This document shows, in pieces, positions 28,094-41,938 of a DNA stretch of 64,000 nucleotides (position 1 is its first letter; every line of letters starts with the position of its first letter). The stretch spans positions 13,268,001 to 13,332,000 of the forward strand of contig NC_043004.1 of the NCBI RefSeq assembly GCF_006345805.1, read 5' to 3'. The position numbers were made by a program, and so were the translations under genes. The notes under the pieces were generated by a model that saw only the letters and a list, made by a program, of their open reading frames with translations, was not told where the DNA came from and made no database searches. This stretch comes from Octopus sinensis (lineage: Eukaryota).

Positions 28094-29469
28094 ATATATA
28101 TAATTTCATAGCGTGAGACATATTATCTTTTGAAATGCTGAATCAGGATCGAATTTAAATTCTTTTTACTGGTCCTTCCCAAAACAAAGTTTGTAATATG
28201 ATTTTGTTTCCAGCTTCAAATGCAGATAAATGAATCCAGCACACAGTGAAACAAGTAAATATATTAAAAGTATTTTAAATTTCCTCCATTTCGGCATTAA
28301 ACAAGTCAATACTCTCTCGGTATTGAATAATGTTTATCAGATATGCTGGCGTTGAATACTATCCATAATCTACCCCTTTACAAAATTATGAAATTTGATA
28401 TAACAGAATTACATACATACGTAATTTGATCTCATTTCCAAAAACCTTTTAGAAATAGATAGTAATTTAATTCCAATGTGTTATTCAGTTATAACGTTAT
28501 TATGGGTACCTGAACATTTTCATTATTTTACAGCAATTCATTCGCGTTAAACAAACTGACCAGGAATTGTTTGTGTCACCATCGAACGACGTTGCTGAAG
28601 TTTTGGTGTAAACAAGAGTGTTTATATTAGATTTACTACGGAAAATATTTCGAACCCAAGTATTTAGGCTTTACTGTGAATATTAGTTTCAAATACGGGA
28701 AAGTATGACTAGCCAGTAGCGTAAACTGTTTGAAAGGAGCTCACCAACACATTGAAAGATACAAATTTTGAAGAGACACAAATCTTCGATTATTTTTTAT
28801 TATATATAACTTTTGGTTTAATTCTGACCTTTGGTTTAAAAATTAGTAAGCACTGCCATTGTAGTAAACTCCACGAGAAATTGCAGCATATTAAAATAAA
28901 TTCTACATACATGGAATAAAAGTTAACATTTTAGTCAGCATTTTTAACAGCATCTACCTTATACTTTTTCAAGAAAAATTGTTGCAATTATAATGGTGGC
29001 ACAGTAAATATTTGTAGCATCAAAGCTTCACTACGTTAAGAAAAACACTAATATCTATTAACATAAAGAGAGACCACGAAATATTATATGGCATAATCCT
29101 CCATGTAGTTTAAACGCTCAGATCAATGTTTCTCATATTCTCCGAAACATATAAATAAGCATTTATTCATATACAATTCATATCATAGTATATTCCATAA
29201 AATGATCGTTAAGGTGTATTTATCGCCTTGCTGGATACATCTTTGAACACAGAAAACAGGTTTAGTACATTGAAAACAAACTTATGCATCTCCGTAACTG
29301 CATAAATACTATTACCCAAAAGTACTACATTGTTTTGCTAATTACTTATAAACACGAATGAGAGAATTGCTTATGCAAATTTCTTACTACATACTCTAGG
29401 ACATTTCTTACATAGATACACACATGCACACGGACACATATTCACGCACAGACATATATGTATGTATGA

Positions 29470-29530
<61 letters not shown>

Positions 29531-29630
29531 CGTGCGTGTATGTATATATATACATACATGTACATACATATGCATAGATACATACATACACACATATATA
29601 TAAAAACATATATATGTATATGTATATATA

Positions 29631-29678
<48 letters not shown>

Positions 29679-29689
29679 ATTCCCCATGA

Positions 29690-31350
29690 TCTTCCTATAC
29701 CTGTGTCGGAGCCCTCTCTTCTCAGAAAGGGTCTGTAATTCAGTCCCCTCACTCCATGAAATAACCAATTTCAGACCCGTGCTGTTATCCATAGCCTTGT
29801 GCCCTGCGTCAGGCTATATGTACTATTCCACAACGCTCCACCCCTGATGAAGATGAATGTTTCACCGATCTGGGCTCCCGGTCATACCACTGAGCCTCAA
29901 CTCCTGGCCAGTTCGAAGCAGTCGATGATTTTGCCAGCATCTGTCAACGTGTTGTGGACCGGTGTTACTTTCGCCGGCGTCCCTGACATTTTAACATCTT
30001 GACTGAACTCTCGGTCTTTCGTTGTCTCTGACGCTGCAAAGACATCATCATAAAACCGGCCGATAAAGGTGGAGCCGTAGTGGTGTGGCGAGCAGACAAG
30101 GTTGAAGCTCTCCGTCAACTTCAAGACACCTCCTATTGCCCTATTGCCCTCTGCCCTCTGCCTTCCAATCCCACGCCTAACTGCTAACAGACTGTATCTT
30201 CCACTATCCATGACCTCATCTCCTCCACCCGTCTCCCTCCCACCACCTCCAACCTGATTGTCCGTACTCCACGCACCCCTACCACTTACTTCCTTCCCCA
30301 AATCCACAAGCTCAACAACCCTGGCCACCCCATCGTCTGCATCTGTAATTGCCCCCACGGAATTCATCTCAAAGCGCCTCGACCGTGTCCTTGCCCCCTA
30401 GTGGTTTACTACCTTCCCATATGTGTTCTCTTCCTGCACTCGCCCCGCCGTTGCCCGTTGCTCGTTTCCCTTCACATGCCACCCCACGCTGCCACTCCGA
30501 AGCTTCCGGCGACGCCAGTGCCACCCCTTCACCTCACACATCTTCGTCATCCTGCCCCTTCTCTCGTCCAAACGAGCCCACAACCTGCGTAATCTCCTGG
30601 TCCACAATCTGGTCCCTAATCCCACCTCCCAACCTGGCTCTTTCCTCAGGTCCTGCTCATGCTGCCGCACCTGCCCCTACCCCTCCAAATCCCCTTTGCG
30701 CCACATGGGCTTAACTCCCCTCAGCTCTTCATTTCCGCTCTACCAGTCATTCACTACAACAACTGTCTGTGTTCGGATTGACTTTGCACAGGCGCCATAG
30801 TGACTCTTCGTCGCTCCTTTGCGTCACATGGGCTTAACTCCCCTCAGCTCTTCATGTGTCACCCCTCCTCTTCTCTCTTCATCAGACACATACTTCCTCT
30901 CTTCATTCCTACCCACCTCCCCTCTCTTCTCTTGCTCTCTCATCCTCACATGCACCCATCATCGTTCGACTCCTTTACCTGCTACGTTATTTACTGCATC
31001 TCCTACTCTTTCTGCCCTTCTCTGTACATCAGTCAAACGGGACGCCGCTTGGCTGACCGGTTCGAAGTGCACCTCCGAGAATAATTTCCGCTTTACCAGT
31101 CATTCACTACAACAACTGTCTGTGTTCGGATTGAATTTGCACAGGAGCCATAGTGACTCTTCGTCGCTCCTTTGCGCCACATTGGCTTAACTCTCCTCAG
31201 CTCTTCATCTGTCTCCCCTCCACGTCTCTCTTCATCTGACACATACTTCCTCTCTTCATTCCTACCCACCTTTCCTCTCTTCTCTTGCTCTCTCATCAAC
31301 TTCCTCTCTTCACTCCTACCATCTTCCCTCTTCATTGATAACCCTCGGTC
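29690..31350 (+). mobile_element. Penelope-like element (Neptune-type), internally deleted and rearranged
   Basis: DIIIKPADKGGAVVVW and YFLPQIHKLNNPGHPIV (RT N-terminus), KRAHNLRNLLV..CRTCP (linker), FTCYVIYCI..LYISQTGRRLADRFEVHLRE (GIY-YIG). The RT catalytic core is absent. Confidence 0.88.
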
Positions 31351-31680
31351 TACACACCCACTCCCACATACCACACCCCTACCTCCACACCAGACACATA
31401 TCACACATGCCCACCCCATGCATGACCGCACCATGCATGACCATACCAACCCCACACCCGCATCATACACCACTCCACACACAGTAATACCGAACATATC
31501 CTAGCACCCACTTCACACACCATCTTCTACACCCCCACACCATCTTCCGCACACTCACACACCATCATCCACACATCCACACATTTCAGAAGCACACACA
31601 AACACGTCAAAGTCATAATCCCCTATCCACACAAATACAGTTACACATTCTCACATACCCACACACACACTTTCATTTTG

Positions 31681-31925
31681 GGACCACGAATAATTTATTA
31701 TCTCCCTTTCTTTCTACCTCTTCTGTGAAACCTTTTTTCTCCCAACCAGCCGCCATACGTGATCGCTAAATCCACAAGTATTTTTTTTATTCACTCTCTG
31801 CTTATTTTCTCTTATTGCTTTGTTTTGAAGAGCGTAGTTTCGAAACGTAAAAGACTTTGAGACTTTCCGAGCGTCAAACTAATACACCTGTTTTGTTGTT
31901 CATATACCTGTTTCCGTCTTTTCTT
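31681..31925 (+). mobile_element. Probable PLE 3' tail (pLTR) with a degenerate HHR-like motif
   Basis: TGAAGAGCGTAGTTTCGAAACGTA at 31826-31849; the same tail recurs at ~53880-54040. Confidence 0.55.
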
Positions 31926-31979
31926 TTTCTGTAAATTTCAGCAATATATATATGTTTGTGTATGTGTGTGTGTGTGTGT

Positions 31980-32015
<36 letters not shown>

Positions 32016-32282
32016 TGTGTGTGTGTTTGTATACACCTTGGTAATTTATATTACACGCATCAACAAAGCAAAGTTTGAACAATATGGGGGCGAAATTGAG
32101 ATATTTCGTCGATAACTGATGACGGGTTAGACATGACTGCATCTACCATATGTCTTGTTTTTTTTACCTATATATAAGTTTGTCGTCCCATCAAGTCATA
32201 CATTATTATTGTTGCTGTTATTATTATTTTTTTTTCTTCTTCTTTCAAATTTGCTTCCATTTCTTGCCGAGCGTCTTCCCGA

Positions 32283-32284
<2 letters not shown>

Positions 32285-32348
<64 letters not shown>
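32285..32348. repeat. (ATT)n microsatellite
   Basis: Directly visible. Confidence 0.95.
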
Positions 32349-32349
32349 C

Positions 32350-32540
32350 AAGACAACGTGCTTGAAGAATCGTTCGCTCACCGTGCAAAATGCTTAGTGA
32401 AATTTCGTCCGTCTTTCGACCGAAGACGACTTGGCCTTTCATCTTTTCAAGATCGATAAGTACCTGTGGAACACTGGAGTGGATTTAATCGACTTATCCC
32501 CTCCTCCGAAATTGCTGACCGTGTGCCATAATTTGAAACC
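32350..32540 (+). mobile_element. SINE family 2, degenerate
   Basis: GAATCGTTCGCTCACCGTGCAAAATGCTTAG..TTTAATCGACTTATCCCCTCC. Confidence 0.75.
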
Positions 32541-33399
32541 CTTACTATCATAATTACTATCGTTTCAATTCTGTTTCCATTTGTTGCTGAGTGTCTTCCT
32601 GACACCGAGGGCAGAGAAACGTACTGTATACACTGGTAGGCCATTAAAGCAAGCACACAAGATTGTCCATTTTCAAAGTTTTGTGATAAAGACAGAGAGA
32701 AGGAGAAAAAAATAAAATATAGAAAAGCAAACAAACTAAACAAGGGGGAGGAGAGAAAGTTTCTGTTGACAATGCTCTTCTCAACATGAGTGACGTACCA
32801 TTTAAAACAAACTTTTGCACTTCCTGCATGGACGATAAGCCAGGGATCATTCTTAAATAATTCTCAGTTCCTTTCTTGATCATTCCAAGTGTTCCTACAA
32901 TCACTGGATCTGTAACCGTCTTGAGATGCCACATCTTTTCGATTTCCATTAGCAGATCTTTATATTTTCTTAGCTTATCGAATTCTTTTGCTGAGATATT
33001 ATGGTCACACGGTATGCTCATATTAATCAATAAACAGACTTTATTGTTTTTGTCTTTCACAACAATATCTGCTTTATTTGTCTTGATGGTTCATTCTGTA
33101 ACATACTGGGAAGTCTCAAAGAATACTTACATTTTCTCCCTCAGGGTGGTGTTTGTACCATTTGTCAGCAGTTTTAATTTTGTAATGCCGACGTATTATC
33201 AAATGTAGATATTGGCCAACTCTTTCATGTCTAGATTTGCACTCTACAGATGTTAAAACCTTACATCCAGAGATTGTAGTATCGGTACTTTGCGTCTACA
33301 CCATTTCCCATCACATTGGCTTGATGTGAATATGTTCTGATCTTGAGCAGCCGGGTTAAAGCCTTCATTCTCTGCCTTTATCCCTGGGCTCCGTATCCT
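32541..33399 (-). mobile_element. R4/Dong-clade LINE fragment B (restriction-like endonuclease C-terminus)
   Basis: GIKAENEGFNPAAQDQ at the 5' break; CLLINMSIPCDHNISAKEFDKLRKYKDLLMEIEKMWHLK..PVIVGTLG; the 5' end abuts (TAA)n. Confidence 0.85.
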
Positions 33400-33432
33400 A
33401 TTATTATTGTTATTATTATTATTATTATTATT

Positions 33433-34470
33433 CAGTAGTATATTTTTTATATCGTGCTTTCACTTCACTACCGAGCGCAGCTCTGTGTGACTTGGGTATG
33501 TGCTGTGATTTGTTGTGATGCTCTGATGGTTATTGTATGGAAAGTGTTCTGCGTAGGATGTGTGCAGTGCCTAGTAGTGCAATTTTCTGTATGTTATATG
33601 TGTTTGTAAGTCCTGGTGTTTTTGTTATGTATTTGTCTGAATATATTTTTATCATGCCTAATGCACCTATTATGATAAGAATTGTTTCTGTTTTTAGATT
33701 CCACATTCTGGTTACCTCTATTTCCAGGTCTTTGTATGTTGAAAGTTTCTCCATTTCTTTTAGAGACACGTTGTTATCTGCTGGTATTGATACATCAATT
33801 AGAAAACATTTCTTTTTCTTCATGATCTCTGACAACTATATCTGGTCTGTTGTCCTTAATTTCTCTATCTGTGTGTATTGGCATATCCCAGAGTATGGTT
33901 GCTTTCTCGTTTTCTGTGACCTTTTCTGGTGTGTGAGTATCCCATCTTTTTTCTGTTGTTATTCCATAATGTTGGCATAGTTTCCAGTGTATATAGGTCC
34001 CAACTCTGTCGTGTCTGTGAATATATTCCTTCTTAGCCAGGACTGGGCAGCCAGAGATAATATGATTTATTGTTTCTTGTCCATCTCCACATACTCTGCA
34101 GTTACTTGTTATATTTCTTTTCAGTACATGTTTTTGGAAATTTCTGGTGGGGAGGCTTTGGTCTTGTGCTGCAATTAAATATCCTTCTGTCTCTGCTTTG
34201 AGTCCTGAGCTTCTCAAACATTGCTGGGATTTTTCTTTGACTATTTCTTTTGCATTTAGTTTAGTCCAGTATTTGCCATGAAGGGGCTTTTCTTGCCATC
34301 GCTTTATCATGGTTCGTTGCTGTTCTATTTTTAGTTTGGATTTCATTTGTTTTATAGCTTTTGTTGTTTCTTCATCTTTTTCTTCTTCTTCTTCATATTT
34401 ATTAGGTGGTATGATTTCTTGTTTGTAATTGTCAGCTTCCTTAAATACTGAGAAAAGTTTTTAATGTTTT
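33433..34470 (-). mobile_element. R4/Dong-clade LINE fragment A, relatively young
   Basis: LHGKY..GLKAETEGYLIAAQDQ..CRVCGDGQETINHIISGC..RHDRV..RPDIV, a frameshift in an A-run, then CFLIDVSIP..KEMEKLSTYKDL. The 3'-UTR ends in (TAA)n at 33400-33432. Confidence 0.92.
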
Positions 34471-34514
34471 GCTCGTGTTTTGCCGCTATTTGTATTAGTT
34501 TTCCTTCCTGAAAT

Positions 34515-34536
34515 TATTATTATTATTATTATTATT

Positions 34537-34587
<51 letters not shown>

Positions 34588-34625
34588 ATTGTTGTTGTTG
34601 TTGTTATTATTATTATTATTATTAT

Positions 34626-34662
<37 letters not shown>
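34515..34662. repeat. (ATT)n-(GTT)n-(ATT)n-(AGT)n compound microsatellite
   Basis: Directly visible. Confidence 0.95.
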
Positions 34663-34663
<1 letters not shown>

Positions 34664-35204
34664 ATTGTTCTAATCGTAATAGTACTATATCAATATTCCC
34701 TTTGTTTTTCGCTCCCTACTTTTCTTCTACGAATTCCCGTTCGTCCAGGCGAACGCCATCCCGGCACTGTTCTTAACAATGTCACTCGTATTGTCTGTAC
34801 GGGTTTTCTTTTCTTTTAATTGTATGTTGTTGTTGTTGTAATCTGATTTCTTACGACTGAATGATGCAACTGTTTCTGAGGGGGTTGCTAATCTGCATCC
34901 CTCTCTTTCACACACACTCTCTCTCTCTCCCTTCTTCTTCTTCTTCTTCTTCTTCTTCTCTTCTTCTCTTCTTCTTCTTCTTTTTTCTTCTTCTTCTTCT
35001 ACTTCTTCCATCTCTTCATCTCTCTCTCTCTCTCACTCTCTCTTTCTCACTTTGTTATAAACAACAATTCCAACGACCATCCATACTATAACACTGGTAT
35101 TATCTCGGCATTTGTTTATATGTGTGTGCATGTGTGTGTGTGTATGTGTACACACACATGTACATATGTATTTATATATGTATATGTGTACAGATGTACA
35201 TATG

Positions 35205-35235
<31 letters not shown>

Positions 35236-35334
35236 ATATATATATACATTGCAATAAATCTCACTCACCCACTCTCACTCAGCTTCTCTTAATAAGTATA
35301 TATATATATGTATGTTTATACATATATATATGTA

Positions 35335-35402
<68 letters not shown>

Positions 35403-36849
35403 ACATATATATAATCATATAGCTATATATATATACATATATTTATAGACAAATGTATATACATATAAATACAGATACATACATACACACATTTCTTTTA
35501 GTGTGTGTGTATGTGTGTAAGTATATACATATGCCTCTCTTTATAGAGTTCATTCCTTGCTAACCACTTAATTGCCCTTACGCATAATGGACTCCCTTAT
35601 GTTTAGAAATAATTAATTATTCAAGATATTCACTTTCAGGCATTAATTTCTATCAATCTTTATAACCATCACGTTTTTAACTCCTCTACCTCCCCGCTAT
35701 CCCCTACCCTATACACTCTTCATTTATTCTATACATATTTTATCCATAAGTCTTCTTATTTAAGCATCTTAGCATCATGTCTTCTTTCTAGCTTCTTACC
35801 TTCTGTCAATAACTTCCAACTTCCCTCCTTTTCTCTCCCGCTTCACTATCCCACCACTCTCTCTTTTTCACTCCTTTCTTTTTTTTCTTCCATCCGCTTT
35901 CTTTTCTCTCAGCATTCAAACAGTCAGTCTTGAAGCATTAAAATATTTCACTTAACGGATAAAAGTTGCCACACTCTGATGTCAGAATTCAGAACGATAT
36001 ATACCCACAGTTACAATGAGTGATGTAAACACACACGTTGGTTTTCACATACATACATACATACATAGATAGACACATGCATACATACATGCACACACAT
36101 ATATACATACATGATTTCATATGTATATATATATATGTGTGTGTATATATATATACATATGAAATTATGTATGTATATATATATATGTATATATATATAT
36201 GTATATATATATATACATATATACGCTATATATATTATGTATATACGTTATATATGTGTATAAATGATATACAATTATGCATATATGTGTATATACGATC
36301 TATATATTATGTACATATATGTATGTATGTATGTATGTATATGTATATATATACACATAATATATATGATTTATACATATGTATATGTGTGTGTGTGTAT
36401 GTGTGTACTTTTAAAAATATATATCTTCACGTTCACCCAAGCGAATGTTAGATATAAATTTCCCTCTCCCTCCCCATCTATCTATCTCTATCTGTAAGTT
36501 TTTCTATCTGTCCGTCTACCTGAATGTATGTATGTATGTATGTATGTATGTATGTATGTACGTATGTATGTATTTATGTAAGCATGTATGTATGTATCTT
36601 TGTACAGCAAAAATGAGCTGAGAAAAATGCTCAGATTGGCCAGTGGCATATGTAGTAAAAGCACAAATACAGATATATCAAACATCATACAGCAGAAAGT
36701 TTTGATTTATATAAATTATGTCCGACTCTCGAGACTGTCTTACAACTCTCAAAGACCAACGGAAAACAAAAAGCGGAGAATAACCTCAAGAATCAAAAAT
36801 TTTCCAAACTTGATAAGTCATTAATGAAGGGGAGAAGTGTGTTATTTCA

Positions 36850-38330
36850 GAGTAAGAGAAATGTCATGGACCATATTTCTGTCACAATAGGTGTCACGAA
36901 CATGGCTAGCACAATGGCGATGTGTGAATGAAATAAAAATTTGATGCAGAACGTTATTACATAGAGTGACACGGTTACAAAAATTACGTCTTATCGTTCG
37001 GATACTCAATATGATCAGGTTTCGCAGCATGGATCAAACTTTTTAAAGTATAAGATACACTTGTAACCACTGATCATCTCGTGTCAGGATGTGTTATTGA
37101 TATCTCGGTCACTAGTGAAAATTTCTATATCGGAAGAAGCTTATGCAAAAATGATTATTAAGTGACATGACTTAAAACTGACCAACAGAGGGGCTCCTTG
37201 GTTGCAATAACACCAATGCTCAGTTTATTACAAGTTACTACGACCGTTAGCATGTGGAATAGAGCGCTTCAAATGAATAATGAAGTGTTTTCTCGCGAAT
37301 GAGCCAGGTGATAGCAAACGGAATATTTCTAGTCTTTAGTCCCTTGACGTCAAAAAGGATGAAGTGACATGTGCTTTGTCCCTGGAAGAATTTCATATGC
37401 TGGAGAAATCCTCCGGCAAAGATGTTTGGACAATTTCTTCGGGATACTATCAATTAGTTTAAGAATCATTCTTGGACCAATGTCCTACGAATATAGTATT
37501 CCGTTTGTTGATAGAATGGTTGATTTTTAGATGTTACATATGGGTGCCGAGGTTGCAACTTGCATGGATGAAAATTGTTTCCTGCCGTAGTATTGCATGC
37601 AGGAAGAGAAGTAATAAAGGCAATTGTAACGCACTTTTTGGTTATGCGCATTTCAGTGCTGTTGGCATAAAAATGCACTTAGTAACACTTGCCTAATTAG
37701 GGCGAAAATATTGTGATTATATCTCTGAACATAAGTTGAACGCACTTTTAATCAATATTTCATTCTAATTCCCTTCGGGGGTACTCTTGGATTTCCTGAT
37801 TGAAACCATTACTAAAGCCAATACCTCGTTTTGGTGGATTGTAGCCTCTAGAAGGAAATGTGGTCGTCTGCTTTTTATGAATATGTTCGATCTTCGTACC
37901 AGTCTTTCTATAGCATTTGTGTATTTAGTCAGCGTGGATTCTAAAATAGCCCTTATGGTGTTTGCTGAACTTGGGTCGGTGCTGATAGTGATATTCAAAT
38001 CAAACATCTGAAGGTTTTAATTAAAAATGTGTCTATTGTTTCAACCTTCATATTATTTGGAATTGCTGGCTATTGATTCTTTGTAAACACAACCTGGATG
38101 TTGGTGATACTTTCTTCATGAGGGTGTCCAAGATAAACAGTGCGATATTTATAACACCAATTCTTTAGGAGTTCTTGATAGAGTCGTCGAAAAGCAGATA
38201 ATTTTTCTTTTCTGAGAAGTTGGTGTCATGGATTTTTGAATAGAAAGGACTTCGATATGTAACTAGAGAAATCAACGATTTCAAATAAACTGCACTGGTG
38301 TATGGGACATTATATTTTTCATTGATCGAA
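36850..38330 (-). mobile_element. Very degenerate Penelope-like element remnant
   Basis: Scattered minus-strand motifs FPSRGYNP, DIITIFSP*LGK (RNIIWFNPP-like), TEYYIRRT (YIG-like), IPFAITWLIREK; many stops. Confidence 0.4.
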
Positions 38331-38805
38331 GCAGCTCATAAGATAATGTGTGACCAATCCAGAAGACAAGTTGAAATAAAACTGTTCACCCGAGCACACA
38401 TTTTGCACCACAAATCTTAGGTCAGTGCAACAGAAGAGTGACAGGAGAAATAAGCGATATTTATTAGTAGTCTTCTGGGCTGAAAATGCGGAGATAACAG
38501 GGAATAACGTGCGATGAGAACAGTATGAACATGCAAATCACCATAAATCACCTCTATCTTAGCTTTCGAATTCAGTTTAAAGTTATACTTTTATAGAAAA
38601 TTGTTAGCGGGAAGTGAAATAATTAGGAAAAACACTAACTGGGAGGGATGAAAAATAAAAGTAGAATAAAGGAGATAACATGGCGAGATAAATAAATGAT
38701 TTTATCATAATTAGTCTCATTTGTTTCGGAACACTTTCCCCTTTATTTTCTGGAGGCGATGTAACCATTTGTGATTCCTTTTCAAACAAGAAGGGAAGGA
38801 TAAGT

Positions 38806-39216
38806 TTTAACTCGGCATGGCACGTCAGGAAGGAGACTTAACTTAGCACGGTACGGCGGAAAAGACAAATTTTAACAATCGGCACGGAGACTTAACTCAG
38901 CACGGCGGGAAAGACTAGTTTTAACAAACTACCTTAATTCGGCTCGGCCGGAAGTAGCCTTAAATCGGAAAGGTACGTATAACAAACGACCTATTTTTAC
39001 TCGCACCCATTATTATACCAATTTCTGGTGAACCACACAATTTTTATTTATAGTGTATTTGACCCAGAGACCGAAATCGTACCCATTACAATACCCACCA
39101 ATCTCTAAGTCACTCACGGTAATTTTATATTAATGTGATTGACCCAAACATTCAACTCCCATCCATTACTATACCCACCAATTAACCAACGTTTGTATCC
39201 ACTCACCCATTGACCG
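38806..39216. repeat. Two sets of short imperfect tandem subrepeats
   Basis: GAGACTTAACT(T/C)AGCACGG..AAAGAC..TTTTAACAA twice (~38833, ~38887); ACCCATTA..TACC(CA)CCAAT three times (~39005, ~39081, ~39161). Confidence 0.6.
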
Positions 39217-39878
39217 AATGTTAATTGGAACTGAAAATTAGAAGTCTTAAACTTAACTTTTCCTACTGATTTTTCTGGTTATGGTGGACTATTTCAGGGA
39301 CGATAACTCGATCGACCATTATCTCGGAGCAGGAGATAACTTGATCATTATATTTTGGAAGACAAGACAAGAATCATTGATAAACATTAAGCCTTCTTGG
39401 TTTCTTCCGTCTCTCTCTCTTTATTTACTTATCTCTCTCTCTCGCTCATGTCCATCTCAAAATCATTAAAATCTTTCAGCATGTTTGTAGGTCAGAGGTT
39501 ATTACATGTTGGTGTGGTAGTTTGTGCTCGTGCAGTTAGCTGCAAGGGCACAGGTGCTGGTGGTGTTCTTATACAATCTAACATTTTTAGGGAGTGCAAG
39601 TCTAAATTTTCTCCTCCTACATACTCTACCAGGTTTAGAAAATAGTGTCTAAAAATTGATCTGAAAAATGTCGCTTAAAGTTAGATTTCTTCTCAAAAAA
39701 AATGCACAGGTAAAAATAAAATAGATATTAAAAAAAGGCCAAAATGTTTACTAATGAAACTAGTCGTAAAATTCCCGATGGAATTCTCTAGAAAGTTATA
39801 CTACTGAACTAAATTATCATCAAAACCAAAATTTAAAATATATACATATAGCAGCCGAAGCAACGACAACTGCAAAAT

Positions 39879-40064
39879 GGAGGCGCAATGGCCCAGTGAT
39901 TAGGGCAGCAGACTCGCGGTCGTAAGATTGCGGTTTAAATCCCCAGACTGGGCATTGTTAGTAATTATTGAGCAAAAGCACCTAAGCCCCACGAGGCTCC
40001 GGCGGGAGTGATGGTGAACCCCGCTGTACCCTTTCACCACTACTTTCTCTTACCCTTTCTTCCT
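39879..40064 (+). mobile_element. tRNA-derived SINE, family 4 (5' part)
   Basis: GGCGCAATGGCCCAGTGATTAGGGCAGCAGACTCGCGG..GGTTTAAATCCC; homologue at 55535-55828. Confidence 0.75.
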
Positions 40065-40346
40065 ACTTCTGCCACAAAGCAGAGGAACCATAGTGTAACC
40101 TACTATGGTGTGGTAAACTTTCAGACCCTAGTCTAGATTGCAAATCCTCTGTACCTCAGGATGGTTCAGCTCTCCACCCGTTAAAAGCCATCGTTTACGG
40201 AATGAGGATAACAACGTGGCTTTCGCGCCCGTGCGTCTATCGCGTGTAATGGGTGGAACTTCAAGTTGCCACACACATTCTTAGTAGCTTAGAGTAGGCT
40301 CGAATGAGAGACTATTCTTTGTGGCTAATGGTGTGATTCCTGATTG

Positions 40347-40435
40347 GAAGAAGAAGAAGAGAAGAAGAAGAAGAAGAAGAAGAAGAAGAAGAAGAAGAAG
40401 GAGGAGGATGAGGAGGAGGAGGAGAAGAAGAAGAC
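40347..40435. repeat. (GAA)n/(GGA)n purine microsatellite
   Basis: Directly visible. Confidence 0.95.
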
Positions 40436-41938
40436 AACAGCAACAGCACGACCAGCAGTACATCCACTCCTCGAATCTACCATGATTAATGACGTATTGA
40501 ACTCCACAATGAACAGTCCTTCACTGCCCAGCTAGCCACATTCTTCATTTTCTCTGATTATTACAACTGATTCATTATTATCATCATCAATGCCATAATA
40601 TTCTACTGCTACCATCATAACAACTGCTACTATCACTCCTTTCTTCTCATCACAGTCCGCCTCAATTTGAATATTTACCTAAGAGATCCATCATAAATCT
40701 GCCGACTGTAAATAAAGCAAAATCCATAAATGCATGATACCCCATATTATGTCAGTTTTCTCAATGCAAGAGACTATGCATACTTATTAACTGCAATTTC
40801 ATTGAATTAGCAATGTGTCACCGAAAATGAAGACTATAATTATCATTAAATATGACAGGTGTTAGAACACCTACAATGCTAGTTATTCTATACATATATA
40901 TGTCAACTTTCTGTGTAACATTTTATGGTTATTAGTTGTTAGTCAATGTAATGTCACCCAATCCACCTCTGTTCCCACTCAGTGGCATCCCACACAATGT
41001 CCAATATTTGGTGCAAAATTTTCTCTTTTTTCTATCAATTTCTCTGTTTCTCTCTTCCCCTCTTGTGCGCAAAACCTTCCCCATTTATTTCTACCTGCAT
41101 CTCTACTTATCTACTGCTGTTCTCTCTTTACTACTTTTAATTTGTTCCTCTGTCCATCTCTGTCAACTGTCTATCTTTATCCCCATATTTCTCCGCACTT
41201 CCTCTTTCTTCGTACTTGCTCTTCTCCAACCATTTCTACTCCACTGTCTCTTTCTTCACTTTTTGATACCAAAAAATCTATCCAACTTTCTATCACTCAT
41301 CCTTTCTTTCTACCTGACCAGTTCATAGGTAAGACATGTATGTTGTTTCATTTCCTGCCTAGCATTTATTTCAGAACCCCAGTTTATCTTTCACTTTTCA
41401 TTACTTTCTTTCCTTCTATCTTTCTTCCCTTCAATCCCATCCTTTCTTTCTCCTGAGCCCTCGCATCGTACCTTTGAAACACAAGCACCTCTATTTTCTT
41501 TCTTTTATTTTTGTTAGTTTTCATCATGTAGTGTCCCAATTTTGAAATACTTGCAATTTGTATTTTTACTGCTTATATTTGCTTCGCTTGATATATTTCC
41601 AAAATTAAACATCTTAATATTCAAAATATATTTCATATTATTACATACAACATACGTTAAAGCCAAAAAATATTGTATTTATTGACTATCTTAAAAATGG
41701 TCACACTATCAACGAAAAGTCCAATGCCAACTTGCTAAGGCAGTTACGAAAGGATTATTCAAATGAACCCATCATTTACTCCACAAATATTTTGTCGTCA
41801 ATACTGCACTTTCCCGTATTACATGTTTCAACATAGATGTAATATATATACAATCTATGGTATTTTAATACGGAGAAACGCCGAATATCTCTGCCAATAT
41901 ATATAGACACATAAAAATGCCAACATAAATGCAAGCAT

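Noticed and set aside
38806-39216. CRISPR-like repeat-spacer array
   Set aside because: Only 2-3 imperfect repeats of irregular spacing, eukaryotic context, no cas genes.
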